A DNA stretch of 64,000 bases from Dicyema japonicum (GCA_011109175.1 RDEW01000028.1:401000-464999); one strand, 5' to 3'; counted from the first letter of the stretch, positions 12,814-25,180 are shown. The notes: generated by a model from the sequence alone, not told the origin. A program made the numbers and translations.

Positions 12814-14139
12814 TCAGAGAGCTGTGGGGACTACAGCAGGCCGGTAAACATAAGGATATTTCTTAGCATTAGCATGCTTCACAAATGGACGCAAAAAGTA
12901 GGCAGTATAGGGAAGAATGGACTCTGGAGTTACCCCCAGATCTGAGAAATTTTGATAGCCCATTGGTCGGTCAGATATACATTCCTAGAAATATTAGCAC
13001 CTACAAACCCTCTCAAGCTTATCCAATGTGTAATTTCTTGTTATGGGTCTTATAGACTCAAGAAATTGAATTTTGTATTTATAAAAACCCAGTCATATTG
13101 GTGATCTGGGAATCCCAGTTGTCAGTAGACTGAATAATGAACCTCACTAGTTCATCCAAACGGTATTTCACGGGCCTGTGTTCGAATTAAACTTCAAACC
13201 CAGTCAATTCGACGATTTGACCCTTCAGTGGTCTTTCAATCAACTCCATCAGGGCAGTCACGACATCATACGCCTAAATTGCGAACTTTATAATACCAAA
13301 ACAGGTTGCTTTACTGTTTCTTGGCCTTCTCTCCACAGTGGAAGAGATCCCGACACAGTGCGCCTGTCTTGAAAATAAAGTAAAAAATTACAAATATCGG
13401 CGTAGTAATACAAAAATTTATCATAAAATCCCACCATATCGGAAGGACGGACAATCGTAGCATCCGGGAATTCCGAAAGCACGGCTTCTTCCCCCAAACG
13501 CCTACAGTTAACAGAGGGCACACTTTTGACTGTAAAAAACGGGAGCCCATTTTAATAATGTGGAATTCTTGCTTAGAAGAAACGTTCAGAGCAGAAAAAT
13601 GTATGAAAGCCTCGACTCCCAATTGCTTTGAAATCCTGGCTATTCTGCCAGCCCCTTCGCAGTGCACTTTTTCGAAAGAAAAATTTCTACAAATTAAGGA
13701 CGTCAACACCTTGTCTCGTACTCTTTCCCGATGAGATTTACCACAACGTCAGAGTATTTAATTGCAGATTCTATGGACTTTTCATCCTCCAGGTGGAATG
13801 GCTTACTTTAAAAGAATGTTTAAACCTGAAACAAAATCTGTCGAGGGCAGCACATGGTTTGAGAGAATCCACGTGGTATGAGTCACATCTGTGAGGGACG
13901 ATTATTTGAGTGCCAATACGACCTATGAATTAGATAAAAACTGAGTTACCCAATCTGTTGATGATCATTCGTCCAAGAAACCCATTTGCACCAAATACAG
14001 TTACCACTTTTCCACTAAATGAAGAACGTCCTCCCGTCCCACGTCGATAGGAAGCTAAATTGTCAGCTTTGCATGAGTTTGTGCGATAATTACGGGAAAA
14101 ACTCTTTGATATTGTAATTTACTAATTAGCATAGTTCAT
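12814..14139 (-). CDS. NDUFA9: NADH dehydrogenase 1 alpha subcomplex subunit 9
   Basis: [81 protein letters not shown]; one apparent 1-nt frameshift near 13085. Confidence 0.95.
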
Positions 14140-14268
14140 GATCAGAAATAAAAAAAATAATTCAAATATATAATAAAAATTTTTAAATAATTTATATTTA
14201 CTTTATACAAATTCTCTCACAAATTCATTACCAGTAGGCTTAATCTAAGCCAATTGACACAATTCAAC

Positions 14269-14345
14269 AATGACGTTGTGGTTCACCAAGAGGTGTCATT
14301 TGGTTGTGCCTGTGCCCTACACAGCACACATGAAAAAGAACCACA
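14269..14345 (+). ncRNA. candidate HDV-like double-pseudoknot RNA in the LINE 5' UTR
   Basis: P1 AAUGAC/GUCAUU, P2 UGUGGUUC/GAACCACA, P3 ACC/GGU, P4 hairpin 14305-14328, joiner CAUGAAAAA. The order matches HDV topology; loop L3 (AAGA) is non-canonical. Confidence 0.55.
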
Positions 14346-14419
14346 TCATTTCCCTATCGTCTCTCTTCAAGGAGATCTCGATGGCGACCATTGAGCGGGC
14401 ACGAAGCTTTCGCTCCCAA

Positions 14420-14464
14420 GAATCCCTCCTGACATCCGGTGACATTGAACTAAACCCAGGGCCG
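14420..14464 (+). other. 2A-like StopGo (ribosome skipping) peptide
   Basis: ESLLTSGDIELNPGP matches D(V/I)ExNPG|P, immediately upstream of the APE domain. Confidence 0.9.
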
Positions 14465-16849
14465 CAGAATAGACCCATCAGAATCTTACAACTTAACATC
14501 AATGGAATCACCTCGAAACATACCGAATTGGCTGAGTACTTGGTTAAACACCGTATTGACATTGCCCTTCTACAGGAGTCACGTTTGTCTGCCTTCTCCC
14601 AAACACCAAAATTCAAAAACTACTCTTTGCTCCGTTCTGAGCGATCAAATGGATCTCACGGTGGTGGCCTGGTCACCCTCATTCACAACTCCATCCCATT
14701 CACGGATACCACTGACCACACATTGACAGCGGCTTCTGATAAACATATGGAATTGCTATCCATCACCATCAATATTATGTCAACTCCTTACACAATTCTG
14801 AATATCTACATTCCCCCTTCGTCTTGCTGCCAGAAGAGTTACCGACCAAACCTAGAATTCCTTCAACTATACGAAAACATAGTTATTTGCGGCGATCTAA
14901 ACGCTAAAGATCCACTATGGTTCCGAAACCAGAATTCGGACCACAGAGGGAAACAAGTGATCTCTGAACTGGAACACCTAGTGATATTGAATAACCCCCG
15001 CCAACACACGAGATGTGGAACACGCCCTGGGGATCCTAACACGTCTCCCGACCTCTCCATATGCTCAGCTCCCCTTGCAAAATCGATCTACTGGGATGTC
15101 AGATATGACTTACCCTCAGATCATAACCCTATTCTGATCGACATCTTCTTGCATTTCGGACGAACTATGTCGAGGCGAACCTATGTGAACTACAAAAGGG
15201 CGAGATGGATCGACTTCACGGTTGACGTCGAAACGTCGCTGGAAAACTTCTCTGTGAATAATTTTACCTCTCCAGACAAAGCCATTGCACATTTCAACTC
15301 AGCCATCCTTTCGGCGGATAGAAAGCACGTCCCTAAAGGATTCATCCATGATTACAAACTATTTTTCAACAAAGAAATATTGGATCTCATCTGTGAGAGA
15401 AGACGCCTAAAACGTTCCCGAACAACCAACCAGCAACTCCAAGATGAAATTTCTTCCCTAAACAAGAAGATAACCCACCTCATTACGGAGCTCAAAAAGG
15501 AGAAGTGGTCCACTTTCGTCTCTCGATTGAATCCAAAATCAAAACCCCAAAGTTTCTGGAGATTTATCAGAGAAATACAATCAAATCAAACCGAATCGAG
15601 CACAACCCATGGAGGTAGACTTGGAAAGGACAACCAAACGAAAGATTTCCACTGCCAGGCAAATGACTTGATGACTCACTATTGCAAAATGAGTCATATT
15701 CCAATGAATAAAGAAAATCGACCTCATATTACTAAACCCCCAAGGGTAACAAAGGCACGATTCGAAGTATCATAAGTCATGTTCAAAACCTCATTACAAA
15801 CTCAAGAAACTCACCAGCCACGGGACCCGATCGGATCAGCATATTCCACCTAAAGCACCTCGGTCCAAACGGGCTCTTGGCACTTAAAGATATCTACGAA
15901 TTCTCCATCAACAGGTGTTTCATCCCGATGTTATGGAAGAAGTCGAACATTATCCCAATACTCAAGAACAACAAAGCCTCCTCCTTGCCCTCTTCGTTCA
16001 GGCCAATTTCCTTAACATCTGTTGTCTCAAAAATCCTCGAAAGGATCATTCTTAACGAAATCACCCCCTACCTCGACCTCTCCGACTCACAACATGGTTT
16101 CCGTCCTTTACACTCGACCACCACGCACTTACTGACACTAACCCAATACATCTCCAACGGTTTCAACAACTGCAAACCCCCGGAACGAACTGTCTTGGCC
16201 TCTATTGACCTAACTAAAGCTTTCGACAGAATCTCCCGTGTGGTCCTCTGCAACAAGATCTATTCTTCAAATATTCCCTCTGTATGGAAGTCATGGCTCA
16301 CAAATTTCCTCTCGGGAAGACTGGGTCATACGTGTCTATATTCAAATCTATCAAGATATCGACTCCTACCAAACGGTGTTCCCCAGGGATCAGTCCTTTC
16401 ACCCTCACTTTTCAACCTTTACGTCAAAGACATCCCAACAACCCAAAATACGTTACTATTGACATATGCCGATGATCTAGTAATCGCATCCAGGAGTGGC
16501 GATGTTCGACTGGCCACCGAAAAAGTGCAGTACCACCTGAACTTGCTATCCGACTGGATGAACTTAAACTGGATGAGTGTTTCCACCTCGAAGTCATCAG
16601 CTACCCTGTTCACAACCGATCGAAGACAATTCAACCTAAACCCCACACTCTCGTTGGTGGTCGGCATAAGAAGACTTTCTTCCTCAGGTTCCTTCCAAAG
16701 ATTGTAAGTCTGGGGTTAATAAATAAATTAATCTTTTATGGGTGTTGCTTTCAAAATTGGAAACTTATTCACCTCACGATTTATAAGGAATTGCGTTCAA
16801 TAAGCGAACTCCTCTATCGCTTATCTCTTACTCATCACGGTAAACAACT

Positions 16850-17170
16850 CGACGCAATTCAATAGGGTTAGTGAGCTACTCCCAATGATCTCCGAGCTTA
16901 GTCATAGCAATACTAATAATCACTAAGTTCTTACATGTTAATTTAACGACGTGGAAACATCAGGACTCGTAGGAAGCAGATCACTGACTCGACTGAACCG
17001 TATAGGATCGCTTATCGTAATGAGGAAAACGGATAAGAGAGAAAGGAGCTAACTTATTCAACGCATTTTTTTACAAATCGTCAAAGGAAATGCAATTTCA
17101 ATTCTGAGAGCGGCCAGCCTTGACTGAAATGAACTTCTAGTAGTTGTTATCTGTTTGTGTTAATAAAATG
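16850..17170 (+). mobile_element. CRE-like 3' fragment
   Basis: ...QIVKGNAISILRAAS tail followed by aataaa; same tail as 30270-30400 and 33900-34020. Confidence 0.55.
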
Positions 17171-17633
17171 TTATTTAACTAACTACCTATAGTTCTGGAT
17201 TAGATTCCCACCGTTGGAGACAAGGTTGAATATATAAGGAGGGTGGATATATTTCTATAGAAAAAGGCTGGAAGTTCTCAGTAGAAGCCGCAGATCCTCT
17301 AAAAGTAAAATTTCTAAGCACATTTCGTGGACTTAATGTCAGAAACTGGGAGTTCTGTTGATCACCTCCAATGGTGACAAAGATGGCCGTAAAGTCACAT
17401 TATGCAAAAAAGTATGGAATAGGAAAAAATGGAAGACAAACCCGGAGTTGTTAAATCAAGTTTCCTAAACCACCTCCTTTGAAGAGCTTAATGGGAAATT
17501 TCATACTGACTATGTCTAACAGATAAAAATGTGTTAAGCCTGTTTTAAAAAAAATTAACAAATAAATCGATAAACCTTTTATTAATTTATTTATTAAATT
17601 TTAAGTTCATAAATTTAAATCTTCACTTATGTG

Positions 17634-18611
17634 ATGCGTTCCAACTGTTTACTAAATTTAAAAAGAGTTGTAAATAATTTGAGGAGCATTCACCACAACT
17701 ATGGATTCTATGATGACAGTACCATAAAATATGGTGCATTTGCCGCCTCTCTGCGTGAAAATCTAAGATCAGAATGGTTACTAAATTGTGATATAAAATA
17801 GGGTACACTTCATCAGTCAACTAGAAAACGTGCATTTTGTAGAATTGGGACATCACAATGGCGGGAGTTTCGTCGAAAGACTATACCAGGAAATCCACTC
17901 AGTCACATCTCAAATCCAGTGAATTACCCCATTGGAGTAGCAATGTGCTCACCTGACTACTATTCACTCCTAATTACTTCCAAAACAAAGAGTCCCTCCG
18001 ATTTACTCAGAATTCTCTCACAACAACGATACAACTGGTGGGACGAGGTGCTCAATATTAAATTACACGTAGTTTATCCTGCATGGGTCTTTAGAAGTCA
18101 AGGAAGAGGAGGGAAAACTGAAGATAATGTTTGAGGACACCGTTTTTGAAGTCATCGAGTCAACCTCCTCCTATGTGCACTCCCACCTTTACGTCAACAG
18201 TGCGGCAAAGGGACTTGTTTCCTTCACCAAAAACGAACTAAAACTCCACAAGAGACTTGCTCCCTATAAGTGGCTGTAATCCAAACCTAAGGAAGAGGAT
18301 TTGAATGTAAATCAGGTCCTCGAAGAACTCAGTGATCAAGCGTGCAGATTATTTAGAGCCAATATGATTAGTTGTATAGTAACGGATGACTTTGATGATA
18401 GGCTTGACAAATTAGGGGTACCGTTTTCCCTAAAATTGTCAGCAAACACCATTAAGACTGGTGTTGTTCAACTCAGGGATATTGATATTAAAATATGGGT
18501 TAAAGCTTGTATGTATTGTAGGGGGACGTACATCTCAGTTCTGTGCTTCGAAGAGTACTCAATCCGTTGAAAAGATCTCAAGAAGCCTTAAATTTCCCTG
18601 AGAATGATTAA
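17634..18611 (+). CDS. POLG2: DNA polymerase gamma accessory subunit (compact)
   Basis: KYGAFAASLRENLRSEW, ENVHFVELGHH, YPIGVA, QRYNWW, LKLHKRLAPYK, DKLGVPFSL.LSANTIKTGVVQLRD; needs small frame corrections near 17915 and 18270-18285. Confidence 0.85.
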
Positions 18612-18659
18612 AACTTTATGTTTTTGTACAATAATTTCAATTATTTGATATTGGTGTTT

Positions 18660-18900
18660 CGTCACTTCGGAGTATCCGGTCCGTTAGACTTCGCGCTTTT
18701 CTCAAGGTTGAGATTTTTCGGAGGCTGTTAGATCATATGCGTCTTCAAATACTATTTTAACATGTTTTAGATCGATTTTCATTATTGATGGCAAAGTTGT
18801 TCTTGGCTTTCCTCTAAAATTCCCTGAGCAAAGGAATCCGATTCCATAATATAGTTAGCAGAACGGATGATTCATCCGCATTATGCGAGGGCCTTATAGA
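18660..18900 (-). mobile_element. RTE-like fragment, split by the CRE insertion (probably continues at 21030-21160)
   Basis: HIMRM....RGKPRTTLP-type C-terminal motif. Confidence 0.45.
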
Positions 18901-18909
18901 AGAGTAATT

Positions 18910-21017
18910 TTTTTATATATAAAATATTATTTATTAACTATGGGGAGAGCGGCTGCTGAAATCACGGAGTAAGCGTTTCCGCGGATACCAATTCATTGCC
19001 TCAGCCAGACCGCTTCCCGCACGTCTTTCTTGCGGTGGGACAATTTCCCCCGGGTTTCCTTTACGAAAGAGGCTGTAATACTTCCGGCCGCACCAGACGC
19101 TCTCGGTATCTCCAATTTCGCCATATTTTTTAATCTTAATTTTCGGCCAGATCGGCTGCCGATCCAGCAGACTGCGCCGAGCTGAGTATCATCGTGTTCG
19201 AGAAAGAATCCACAACAGTGCAGTCTCATACGAGTGATTTTCCCTCAGTGAACGGAAAGATAGTTAACCCATCCGGTTTTTTCGCATCTCCGCAGTCCAA
19301 TCCCACAGACTCCAGTACTGCCGTGAAGCCTGCCGCTTCAACAGCTCGCATGATAATGTTGTTTATAGCAGCATGGCGAGGTGCTCTTCCCGCACTTCTT
19401 TCGCACGAGAGCGGGTGCAGCTTTTTGGCATCGACGATCCCTCCACAACGACATTAGTGTTCGACGCAAACATCAACTCCCAGGCGTTGTGCGATCCCAA
19501 TCCGAATACAGTCATTGTCCAAACAGGGAGGAACACGAGAGTGCATCCAGCCACGCTCAGCTCCCATGGTTGGCGGCGGACACGAGGCATGCAAGACGAT
19601 GCTGGTTGGCCTCAGACTTTAGCACGTCGAAGATATTCTTGGAGTAGATATCATCCCAGTCATGTTGCCTCGAAGGATCGTTCGGCACATCCAAACCAGT
19701 TTCACACCATTCGCGACGAGCTTCGTTGAAGACTCTTTCCCAAGAAAGTCCGGTTGGAAAACGTAAGATATCTTGAACCAAAAGGCTTCCACTTGAGAGC
19801 GATGCCACATATGCTGGAAAGGCGATCTCCAGTGCCGTCCTGAGACCCATTCCTCTGATGCGTGTAGGAAGCTTGCATTGGTTCCAACTCGGCACATCAA
19901 AGTGGATGTTTAGAAGCAATTCATCTGATTTTCTCAATGTCCTATCAAGTGATAGGAAGATGTCACGATGTTTAAAGAAGGGAGAACATCGGAGAGCATA
20001 TAGGAGTTTGGGCAAGTCGATGCTACTCTTCAAAAAAGAACGCTGTATGAGCATCGAGTAAGGAGAGTTTCTCCGTGACTCTAGAGAGTTCATCCTCTTT
20101 TTTTAGTAGATGGCTCCGCAGTTCCTTTTCGTCAAGTGGGCACCAAGAAAGTATGTCCCGCTCCCTGGGTACGACAGTAATTCCAGGTAGCACCAAGTTG
20201 AAAGAATCGACCACGTTGATAAAATCACTCTTCAAGTATATGATATTTATTAGCTCTGATTTCTTTATGTTTATCTCAAGTCCGAGGTTTCGTAGTGCCG
20301 GCACGGGATGTGACAAAACGACGTGAACTTTTCTCCACGGCCCTCCAATTGTGGCGTCATCAAGATACCAGGAGTTTAGTTGTGTGTTTATAGAGCAAAC
20401 AATTTCATCGATGACCAGAGCGAAGAGTAGTGGATCAAGTGGGTCCCCTTGTTGAACTCCAGTCTCCGAACAGATAATTTTGTCCCCGAAAACCAGTGAA
20501 GAATTGGTTCCGTAAGCGAAAAAGACAAGTGAATTAAGTTCCAGGGCTCGTTTGCTTGTAGTTTCGAAAATTTGATCCCTCCGCAGTGAATTGAAGGCAT
20601 TGCAGATGTCCAGCTTGACCCCAATGTGTGGGTTTTGTTCGTCTTTCTGTCAAAAAAACACCTCGCAGCATGCACTGCCGCCTCGCATCCGTTCCTTACA
20701 TCAACCCCCAGTTGGAGGGGGGAAATTCTTCAGATATTCTCGGGCAGACAATGCTCCATGCGATTTTTGATGTCAGTCTTCTGAAAAAGACCCCACCTTC
20801 GGGTTTTTTGAAGGCCAGTAGATGTGCACTGAAAGGAAGCTCCCTTGCGTGGGGAGGAATATCTCTGTTCAAAATACGCATAACCAGTTTTGTAATTGAT
20901 TTGACAAGGTTGCAGCCAGCTTCTGGAGTAGCCTCCGCCGTAAGATCTTTGATGTGACCCGGCCGCAAGCCATTGATACCTCCACTGCTACTCGCCGCAA
21001 ACGACGAAATGCCTCGT
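18910..21017 (-). mobile_element. 5'-truncated CRE-like non-LTR retrotransposon (RT + restriction-like endonuclease)
   Basis: VQQGDPL, SWYLDDATIGG, GLEINIKKSE, PKLLYALRCSP, LSC...RH..IN zinc knuckle, KPDGLTIFP...YETA and RGNAYSV motifs, all frameshifted. 9-bp TSD agagtaatt at 18901-18909 and 21018-21026. Confidence 0.9.
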
Positions 21018-21166
21018 AGAGTAATTAGTTGAAAAATAGTATATGAAAAAAAATCAGTGAAAATTTTTAAGAATAAGTTTTTTCAATCAACGTCTCCGTT
21101 ATTTTGAGCACATTTCCTCTAAGGTTTGTATGGAAATTCGGTCAGTGAGCTATTGTTCTTACAGAC

Positions 21167-21870
21167 CAGTGTTTCTCAACGAGGGGCGATTTTTTAATTA
21201 TGATATATTTACAAATACATTTATTTTAAATAATTTAAATAACAAAGCGTGCAATTTTTTGATATTTGTTAAATTTTGTTAAAAACTGAAAGAATATAAA
21301 GTGTACTATTTATCTTATGGTTTTATTCAAAATCCAAAGGATCTACTTAAACCAGCGCATCCCGATTGGGGGTGCGAGAAATTATTTAGGAGGTGCGAAA
21401 AATAATTTAAAAAATCATGATTACACTGCATGAAATCGCTATTGAACCCAACTCGACATTTGATAAAATTATTAAAACAGAAATCAACAATCATCTTGAA
21501 AGCTTAAAACTTTCATTTGATGGATATTTTTCAATTAGAAATATTAAAGATTCTGATACCTGGATTGTTAACCCAGTTGCTTTTAAAATAGAGACGATGG
21601 GCGACAGAAATGAGGATGAAGACAATTTGATTTAAATACAAGTATGCAAATCACTGAAATTGAAGTTCGACTAAAATTCTTTGGAGGTTTTTTGGTGCGC
21701 TTTGCAAGTTGGGTTTCCGACCCTTGCAAAAAAGCATTGCAAGTTCTGATTCCATTTGAAACAACTTGGATATGTGAATCGGGATTCTCATCTCTATCAT
21801 ATATAAAAATAAGTACCGAAACGCTCCTAACCCTGAAAACGATCTCAGAATTGCACTATTTTATTTATTG
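21167..21870 (+). mobile_element. hAT (Charlie/Buster-like) transposon remnant
   Basis: TIR-like cagtgtttctcaac; KALQVLIPFETTWICESGFS dimerisation motif. Confidence 0.75.
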
Positions 21871-22040
21871 AGTTATTCATTCGTCTTATTTCTGTCCGTT
21901 CTGTTTTTTCCCTGTTCACGGTGAGAAACCATTTCCCAAGTATATCTGGTGCTTTTTCTAGCACATGTTCCAGGAGTTCTTTGTCTTCAGAGATTAGGTC
22001 GACATCATCAGCATAAATCACTTCTTCTATTTTTCCTTAA
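21870..22040 (-). mobile_element. RT fragment (RTE-like)
   Basis: IYADDVDLI...L.KWFLTVNREKTE. Confidence 0.6.
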
Positions 22041-22455
22041 ACCATATTTCAAAGAATTAATTAAAACTTAAAGGCAGGAAAAGTCTCAAAGAACCTTACT
22101 AATTTTTTTTGAGTAAAATTCGAATTCTGTTAGATTTAAAATTGGGAGTGGTTTTTAAAATTTTTGGGGATGCGAACTCAAAACGAATAGGGAAGTGCTG
22201 ACTTAAACCCTTGTGTTTGCAATGTGATGTGGATTTTTCTAACGTAGCGATGAAGCCATCTCTCTTATTAGAACGCAAAAAACGCAAGCATCCTCAATCA
22301 CTAGGAAAGATATTGAATTTTTTATAAGTCTAAACCAAAAGGATAAAACTAACTTGCGAAAGTCTTTTTAATGAAAATTGTATTGATCAAAAAGATAAAT
22401 TAATTAATTACTTAATTTATTAACCCCGGATACACCGAGAAAAAAGTTAAAGTAA

Positions 22456-22995
22456 CCAACATGGTTTCAGGAAAGACCGATCTACATCAACACACCTCAC
22501 CTCTTTGAACCAGTTCATTATTGAAGGCTTTTCTGCAAAACCACATCTGAAATCTGTTTTATGCTGTCTCGACCTATAAAAGGCCTTCGATTCTGTATCC
22601 AGAAAAATCCTCACTCAAAAAATATTTAGACTATCCATCAACTCGAACATAAAATTATGGCTTTCAAATTTCCTCAGCGGAAGGAGAGGGCGTGTCTTGT
22701 CTTCTGCCTTATTCAACTTATACCTTTCCGACATTCCCAACCCAGTTATGGAAGACTCGGTAATTCTCGCTTATGCTTATGACCTACTCATCATTTCACG
22801 TGATAAAGACCTCACGAATGCTTCAAAAAAGTACAAGAACTCTTGCTTCAAATTCAAACTTGGATACATCAAAACCGGATGAACATTTCTCACGAAAAAT
22901 CCACCACGCTATTTACCTCGGATAAAATGCTCGAAGATGTACCGTGGATCTATTCCTGGACAACGAATAAATCCCTTTTACAAAGAACCATACTT
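22456..22995 (+). mobile_element. LINE RT fragment related to 14231-16731
   Basis: QHGFR...ST, KAFDSVSR, WLSNFLSGR, LFNLYLSDIP, LAYAYDL. Confidence 0.75.
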
Positions 22996-22997
22996 GT

Positions 22998-23190
22998 AGT
23001 TGTGGAAACCTCCCAGTGGAGTGAGGGAGAGCAAATGATCCTCTTTCGTGCCAGCCAGACACTGGGCGTCACCTAGACAGGTGGATCATATGACGTTGCT
23101 TTAATAAGAAGAGAACGGAGGAACAGACAAGCAAACATAAACTTCAACCAATTAGCCACGCAGCACCACATAGTGCCATGTGACGTATTA
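22998..23190 (-). mobile_element. short retroposon family 2 (pseudoknot-bearing), 5' half; tail at about 22405-22455
   Basis: Close match to 23985-24138; the tail taaccccggatacacc is separated from it by a LINE fragment. Confidence 0.8.
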
Positions 23191-23384
23191 ATAAACTACT
23201 AATATCCCCAGAGTTAAGCCAAGCAGTTAAGAAGATTATGTCCGTTTTCTTCTACATACAGAAATTAGATGGTTATAAAGAGAAAATTGATTGGATAGGT
23301 TTGTTAAATTATTTTATTTTATTGTTACTTTTTTGAAATCAGAAAGAAGAGTTAGAATTATATGATTTATGCTAAAACACTGGA

Positions 23385-24185
23385 TTAATTAAATTTTTTA
23401 ACCCCGAAATCACGAAAAATAGGATATGAGTTATCGTCTAATTAAGTGATCTAGGTGTCCATACCAGTCCTTTTCTTGCGGTTAGTTTTGGAGTCCTGGA
23501 TTAATCTCCACAACGGGGAAGGTTTCTTCTCGTATCTCGGGCAGGCGTCCATATATAGTTTGACGTCTGGCCCGAGGGGATGGTCAGGGGACTTTGCAAT
23601 CTTGAGGAAGTCCTGGTGGTGTTCTATAAGGTATTCCATGATTGAAAGACAATTAGTCTTCTCCGTAGTAACGATGTGGACGTCTTTTTTTCGACGATCT
23701 CTACAATATTCTGAGACATCCGTTTTGTAAGACTTCCAGCTTGCTCTGTGTCCATAGTGATAGCGGGGCAATACATGCAGCACAGGCGTACTCAATACTC
23801 GGTATAACAAATTGTATGTATATAAGCTCTAACGATGGGCGAGAATTAATTTATTTATTAACCCCGGATACACCGTGAAAGTAGTTAAAGTAAGCAACTA
23901 ATGAAGTGTATCCAGTTTCCACTTCTACAGAAACAGAGTCCATCCGGAATCAGCATAAAAGGTAAGACGTCCATTACATGCAGTTGTGGAAACCCTCCAG
24001 TGGAGTGGGGAAAAGCAAATGATCCTTTTTCGTGCCGGCCTGGCACTGGGCGTCACCTAGACAGGTGGATCACATGACGCCACTCTAATAGGAAGAGAGA
24101 GGAGGAACAGACAAGCAAGCAGACCACATGGCGCCACGCGATGGGCGAGAAGATATTTGGGAGTACGTAAAAGCCTTGAGAATTC
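23385..24185 (-). mobile_element. LINE 3' fragment interrupted by a family-2 retroposon
   Basis: Removing the insert restores LELIYIQFVIPSIEYACAA; ends in cggggttaaaaaatttaattaa. Confidence 0.75.
23846..24138 (-). mobile_element. complete short retroposon family 2 (293 bp)
   Basis: 13-bp TSD cgatgggcgagaa at 23833-23845 and 24139-24151; 5' hairpin head, pseudoknot 24020-24081, 3' tail ggggttaataaataaattaa. Confidence 0.9.
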
Positions 24186-24189
24186 CAAT

Positions 24190-24818
24190 ATAAATTGGAT
24201 TTTTTTAAATTAAATCAAAATTCACCTGATTTACAAGAGGATTATGTCAATTTGATCGATTGTAAAAGAATAATAAAATTTTTTAATTGAAAAAATAAAT
24301 TTTATGAATATAATTTAACCATGATAAAGAATATAACGACAAAGATATTTACATTTATGTGGCCCACCTACAAAATTAATTGGAATATTGAAGATTGGAT
24401 GATAAATCCGTTGTTGTCATCCGGGTTTGTTGCGGAAAAGGAAATACAAGAGGAACTGATTGAATTAAAAAATGACGAAGAATTTAATTTCTCACTTTGG
24501 GGCCTCTAATATTATCAAACTAAAATTCCCGAAATTCTAATTGTCATCTTTCCGACATCATATTGCGTTGAAAAAGGATTCAGTTTACTTAACCATGTAA
24601 TGACTGAGGGCAGAATAATTTAAGTATCTGCGAAAGGGGGATATCAGAGTAGCCTTTACTAAAGAATCACAAATATAAAGCTTCTGGTAAACCTTCACCA
24701 AGGTCAAGGGTCACAACATTTTTTTTATAAAAAAACAAATTAATTATAGAATTACTCTATATAGTTATTATAGGGAGCCAAAATTTGTTTCATACGAAAA
24801 AAAGGTTGAGGAACACTG
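24190..24818 (+). mobile_element. hAT (Charlie-like) remnant
   Basis: QEELIELKND, FPTSYCVEKGFS; right TIR aaaaaggttgaggaacactg. Confidence 0.75.
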
Positions 24819-24949
24819 TTATAGACTTTCAAAATGAACGGCCCTGTGGCACTTAGGAAGGAACGCAATTTGGGTCTTCTAATCTCCAAGGTTTGTGTTT
24901 GAAAATTAAAAAAATGAGAATTTGAGTGATAGCTATCAAAAAAATTAAT

Positions 24950-25180
24950 TAGTAGAGGTCTTCCTGAGGTGGTCCTTTTTGGCAGAAAACGACCGGATGG
25001 GATAGACATCATTTCCTTTGAAGATGGGGAACCTCATCTGGGACGTCACCTACATCGATGCATTCGGCGCAAACAACCTACACCAAAGTCATCAAAAGCG
25101 TTCTCAACTGCCGAGAAGGCTGAGAGATCAAAACGAACGAAATATGATACGATGTTTCGTACGTTCCACTCGCAGTAGAA
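24950..25180 (+). mobile_element. CRE-like RLE fragment
   Basis: KRPDGIDII.F..G.LIWDVTYID...AEKAERSKRTKYD. Confidence 0.7.

Larger units (their letters stand above)
14231..16731 (+). mobile_element. APE-type LINE (Ingi/Vingi-like): structured 5' UTR, 2A peptide, APE endonuclease, RT; internally deleted
   Basis: ORF from ATG 14381: ILQLNING, LQES, GDLNA, PDL, SDHNP (APE). After a frameshift near 15770: FRPISL, QHGFR, DLTKAFD, GVPQGSVLSP, YADD (RT). The sequence then jumps to the tail ggggttaataaataaattaa ending at about 16731. Confidence 0.93.

Noticed and set aside
14110-14139. Stop-codon reassignment (in-frame TAG TAA after the NDUFA9 ATG)
   Set aside because: A 21-nt GT-AG intron removes both stops, and other genes terminate normally at TAA and TGA.
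17330-17420. Another pseudoknot copy (acc-tccaat-ggt-gacaaag)
   Set aside because: P3/L3 look suggestive, but P1 is imperfect and I found no P2 partner.
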